Shown: positions 61,104 to 64,000 of the stretch, in pieces | Layout of the letters: the number at the start of each line of letters is the position of its first letter | Numbering within the stretch: the first letter of the stretch is position 1 | Assembly: GCA_041659685.1 (NCBI GenBank) | Contig: JBAZXV010000004.1 | Coordinates: 70,355-134,354 of the forward strand | Direction: 5' to 3' | Source: Parcubacteria group bacterium | GTDB taxonomy: Bacteria; Patescibacteriota; Minisyncoccia; Moranbacterales; UBA11712 | Length of the DNA: 64,000 nucleotides | The notes under the pieces: generated by a model | Told to the model about the DNA's origin: nothing | Seen by the model: only the letters and a program-made list of their open reading frames with translations | Database searches by the model: none | Made by a program: the position numbers and the translations under genes

Positions 61104-61508
61104 ATGTATCCACAGCAAGTTTTTGAGGGTCGGAGAGGCAAGTTTTTTTTCTGTCGGGTTCCGGTTGAGTTTTGGCAGGAAGATATGTATCGCTATTCTC
61201 TCAACGAACCGATGCATGCCAGCGCTGAATATTCTGGCGAGAAACCTGAATGGGGATGGCCGACTAATGAAATAACTTTCCGCCTGCGTCCAAATACGGA
61301 AAAACCGCAAACGAGTTATTTCTATGCCGTAGGCTGGCTTGTTGAAGAAGAATCAAGGATTGATGACATCGATCCGGAGGAAGATATTCTCGTTTTTCTT
61401 TTTCTGGTAAAGAAATTGCACAGCGATAAATATCATTCCTATGATTGTTGGGAACGGAGGTTGATTTACACGGGTAATGATGATACATGGCACGAAAGTC
61501 TTTACTAA
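61104..61508 (+). CDS. Hypothetical protein
   Basis: AAGGAGG RBS, TTGACT-17-TACTAT promoter. Confidence 0.55.
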   Translation: MYPQQVFEGRRGKFFFCRVPVEFWQEDMYRYSLNEPMHASAEYSGEKPEWGWPTNEITFRLRPNTEKPQTSYFYAVGWLVEEESRIDDIDPEEDILVFLFLVKKLHSDKYHSYDCWERRLIYTGNDDTWHESLY

Positions 61509-61728
61509 AAATCTGATGTAAGGAATTGCGGATGCAGGTCTGATTATGATTCAGTAGCTCCTAGCTCTTTTGAGAATAGTGTGTAAAGAAAGTAGAAAAA
61601 ATATATTAATTACCGTCACTATGCGTAGAGGCGGTCTTTTTTTACCTATTTGACAGGATTTTTAGAATGCTATAATATAACAACAGATAAAAAAGCCCCC
61701 GAAAGGCTTTTTAAAAAAGGCTAAAAAA

Positions 61729-61923
61729 ATGGCGGAAAATAAAGTTGCTACATTTATAAAGGAAGCGCGCGGCGAACTCAAGAAGGTCAATTGGCCAACC
61801 AGGGACCAAACGATAAAATATACCGGAATGGTCATTGGCTTCAGTTTGTCAGTGGCGATTTTTCTCGGGGTTCTGGATTATTTTTTTGAGTATGTCCTGA
61901 GGACTGTGGTAATAAAATATTAG
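61729..61923 (+). CDS. secE: Preprotein translocase subunit SecE
   Basis: ELKKVNWPTR, single TM, upstream of nusG. Confidence 0.93.
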   Translation: MAENKVATFIKEARGELKKVNWPTRDQTIKYTGMVIGFSLSVAIFLGVLDYFFEYVLRTVVIKY

Positions 61924-62030
61924 GAAGGTTTCATTTGGAAACGCAGTGCGGCGGTTATTTTTGAAAAAAATAGAAAGATTGGCGAAATTGGATTTTTTTG
62001 TTTTTTATTGTTTGATATTTTCAATAATTT

Positions 62031-62576
62031 ATGGCTAAACAAACTCAACATCACGGCCGCGCCTGGTATGCCATCCATACCTATTCCGGCTACGAAGACA
62101 ACGTGGCCAAGAACCTGAAGCAAAGAATTGAATCGCTTGATATGCAGGACAGGATTTTTGACGTGATGGTTCCTAAGGAAAAAAAGATCAAAATCAAGAA
62201 CGGGAAAAGGACGGTTATTGAAGACAGGATATTTCCCGGGTATGTTCTTGTGGAAATGGTTGTAACGGATGACTCATGGTATGTTGTCCGAAACACGCCG
62301 AATGTGACAGGTTTCATCGGTCTGGGAACAACTCCTACTCCGATTGCCCAGGAGGAAATAGACTCAATGAAGAAAAGAATGGGAGTCTCCGAACCAAAAT
62401 ATAAGATTGATGTTCAGAAAGGCGATGCGATTAAAATCGTGGATGGGCCGTTCAAGGAATTTGACGGAAAAGTTGACGTTATCGATGAGGCTCGCGGGAA
62501 AATAAAAGTGCTGGTTTCGATATTCGGGCGGGAAACGCCGGTGGAACTGGACTTTTTACAAATTAAGAAAATATAA
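62031..62576 (+). CDS. nusG: Transcription termination/antitermination factor NusG
   Basis: WYAIHTYSGYE, FPGYVLV, GPF..F.G, FGRETPVEL. Confidence 0.98.
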   Translation: MAKQTQHHGRAWYAIHTYSGYEDNVAKNLKQRIESLDMQDRIFDVMVPKEKKIKIKNGKRTVIEDRIFPGYVLVEMVVTDDSWYVVRNTPNVTGFIGLGTTPTPIAQEEIDSMKKRMGVSEPKYKIDVQKGDAIKIVDGPFKEFDGKVDVIDEARGKIKVLVSIFGRETPVELDFLQIKKI

Positions 62577-62580
62577 TTTT

Positions 62581-62661
62581 CGCATAACGCATAACGCGAA
62601 ACGCGACTCGCAAAAGGAAAAAAATTCCAGTTGAGTGTCGAGTTACGAGTTGCGGGTGTCG
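62581..62661. repeat. 7-nt periodic inverted repeat (TAACGCA type)
   Basis: CGCATAA CGCATAA CGCGAAA CGCGACT CGC ... GAGTGTC GAGTTAC GAGTTGC GGGTGTC. Confidence 0.7.
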
Positions 62662-62668
62662 TAAAAAA

Positions 62669-63091
62669 ATGGCTAAACCAATCAAAACAGTTGTTAAATT
62701 GCAAATTAAAGCCGGGCAAGCCAATCCGGCTCCTCCTGTCGGCCCCGCCTTGGGCCAGCACGGTCTTAATATTCAGGATTTCTGCCTGAAATTCAACGAT
62801 GCAACGAAAGACAAAATGGGAAATGTGATTCCTGTTGAAATAACGGTTTATGAAGATCGCAGTTTTGATTTTATATTAAAAACTCCTCCGGCGGCTGAGC
62901 TTCTCAAAAAAGCGGCCAAAGTCGAAAAAGGAGCGGCGGATCCGCTGAAGCAAAAGGTGGGGACGGTAACAAAAGCCCAGGTTCGCCAAATTGCCGAAGC
63001 GAAAATGACGGATCTTAATGCCAACGATGTTGAGCAGGCAATGAAAATTATTGAGGGAACAGCGAGAAGCATGGGCATTAAAGTGGAATAA
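62669..63091 (+). CDS. rplK: 50S ribosomal protein L11
   Basis: [26 protein letters not shown]. Confidence 0.98.
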   Translation: MAKPIKTVVKLQIKAGQANPAPPVGPALGQHGLNIQDFCLKFNDATKDKMGNVIPVEITVYEDRSFDFILKTPPAAELLKKAAKVEKGAADPLKQKVGTVTKAQVRQIAEAKMTDLNANDVEQAMKIIEGTARSMGIKVE

Positions 63092-63099
63092 TATTTTTT

Positions 63100-63178
63100 G
63101 ATTTAAGAAATAAGATTTATGATTTATGAATCGATTTCTTCCTGAATTTCTTAAATCTTAAATCGTAAATCATAAATC
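63100..63178. repeat. 7-nt periodic inverted repeat (GATTTAT/ATAAATC type)
   Basis: GATTTAA GAAATAA GATTTAT GATTTAT ... TCTTAAA TCTTAAA TCGTAAA TCATAAA TC. Confidence 0.8.
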
Positions 63179-63186
63179 GGAATAAA

Positions 63187-63834
63187 ATGATCACAGAAAA
63201 TGACAAAAAAGAATATCCTATAACCGAAGCCATTGCTGAGGTAAAAAAGAACGCCAAAGCCAAATTCGACGAATCAGTCGAAGTTCATGTTCGGCTTTCC
63301 ATTGATCCGAAAAAATCAGACCAGCAGGTGCGCGGCGTGGCCGAGCTTCCGAATGGAACAGGCAAAAGCGTAAAGATTGCAGTGTTCACAACCACCGAAA
63401 AAAAAGCGGCCGAAGAAGCGGGTGCGGATACAGTCGGCGGAGAAGAGCTGATTGACAAGATAAAGTCTTCCGGAAAAATCGACGCGGACATTGCTATCGC
63501 CACTCCGGAGATGATGCCGAAGCTTGCGACGATCGCGAAAATATTGGGGCCGAAAGGACTGATGCCGAATCCGAAAAATAAGACCGTTACTCCGAAAGTA
63601 AAAGAAATAATAGAATCCCTGAAGAAAGGAAGAGCTGATTTCAAAAATGACAATTCGGGGAACATCCACCAGATTATCGGAAAAGTTTCTTTTGAAACGG
63701 AAAAGCTCGAAGGAAATTTCAAGTCATTTATTGAAGCGCTCAATAAATCGAAACCGGAAACACTCAAAGGAAAGCTTACGAAAAGCATTTCAATATGTTC
63801 CACAATGGGAAAATCTTACAGAGTATCTGCATAA
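63187..63834 (+). CDS. rplA: 50S ribosomal protein L1
   Basis: KFDESVE, VRG..LPNGTG, LGPKGLMPNPK, STMG. Confidence 0.97.
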   Translation: MITENDKKEYPITEAIAEVKKNAKAKFDESVEVHVRLSIDPKKSDQQVRGVAELPNGTGKSVKIAVFTTTEKKAAEEAGADTVGGEELIDKIKSSGKIDADIAIATPEMMPKLATIAKILGPKGLMPNPKNKTVTPKVKEIIESLKKGRADFKNDNSGNIHQIIGKVSFETEKLEGNFKSFIEALNKSKPETLKGKLTKSISICSTMGKSYRVSA

Positions 63835-63888
63835 ATCGCAAAAAGTTCAAGAATGAAAATCTTGGACTTTTTGTTTCTCTTTCATATT

Positions 63889-64000
63889 ATGGAATCAAAA
63901 AAAATAATTATCGGCCTTGTCGGAGAAATGGGGTCGGGCAAAGACACAGTCGCTGAATATCTGAAAAACGAATGCGGGGCGCAGCTTTTCAGGTTTAGCG
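63889..64000 (+). CDS. P-loop nucleotide/dephospho-CoA kinase-like protein, 3' truncated by window
   Basis: MESKKIIIGLVGEMGSGKDTVAEYL. Confidence 0.7.
   Translation, partial: MESKKIIIGLVGEMGSGKDTVAEYLKNECGAQLFRFS

Overview
Fragment of an AT-rich bacterial chromosome that looks like Patescibacteria/CPR (inference): rpmD (L30) and adk are missing from the spc region, core genes lack Shine-Dalgarno sites, and rplA is present. 1-13.3 kb: end of tuf, the S10-spc ribosomal protein operon, secY, map, ruvX. 13.3-24 kb: GT2, galT, tpiA, fba, a two-component pair, an ECF S-component-like gene and a trimeric NAD-linked [FeFe]-hydrogenase with no maturases in the window. 24-44 kb: accessory genes, glnA, three tRNAs around a broken HTH/LAGLIDADG-like gene, rlmN. 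44.5-56.3 kb: co-oriented array of small enzymes, ending in a TrpR-family gene bracketed by two long perfect palindromes, with a third degenerate copy downstream. 58-64 kb: gyrB, secE-nusG-rplK-rplA. Best leads: the TrpR/palindrome module, the hydrogenase plus S-component locus, two families of periodic intergenic inverted repeats, a CAAAATCCCGC motif upstream of array genes, and a split between SD-led stand-alone accessory genes and SD-less core genes. All calls come from reading motifs by eye; no database searches were run.
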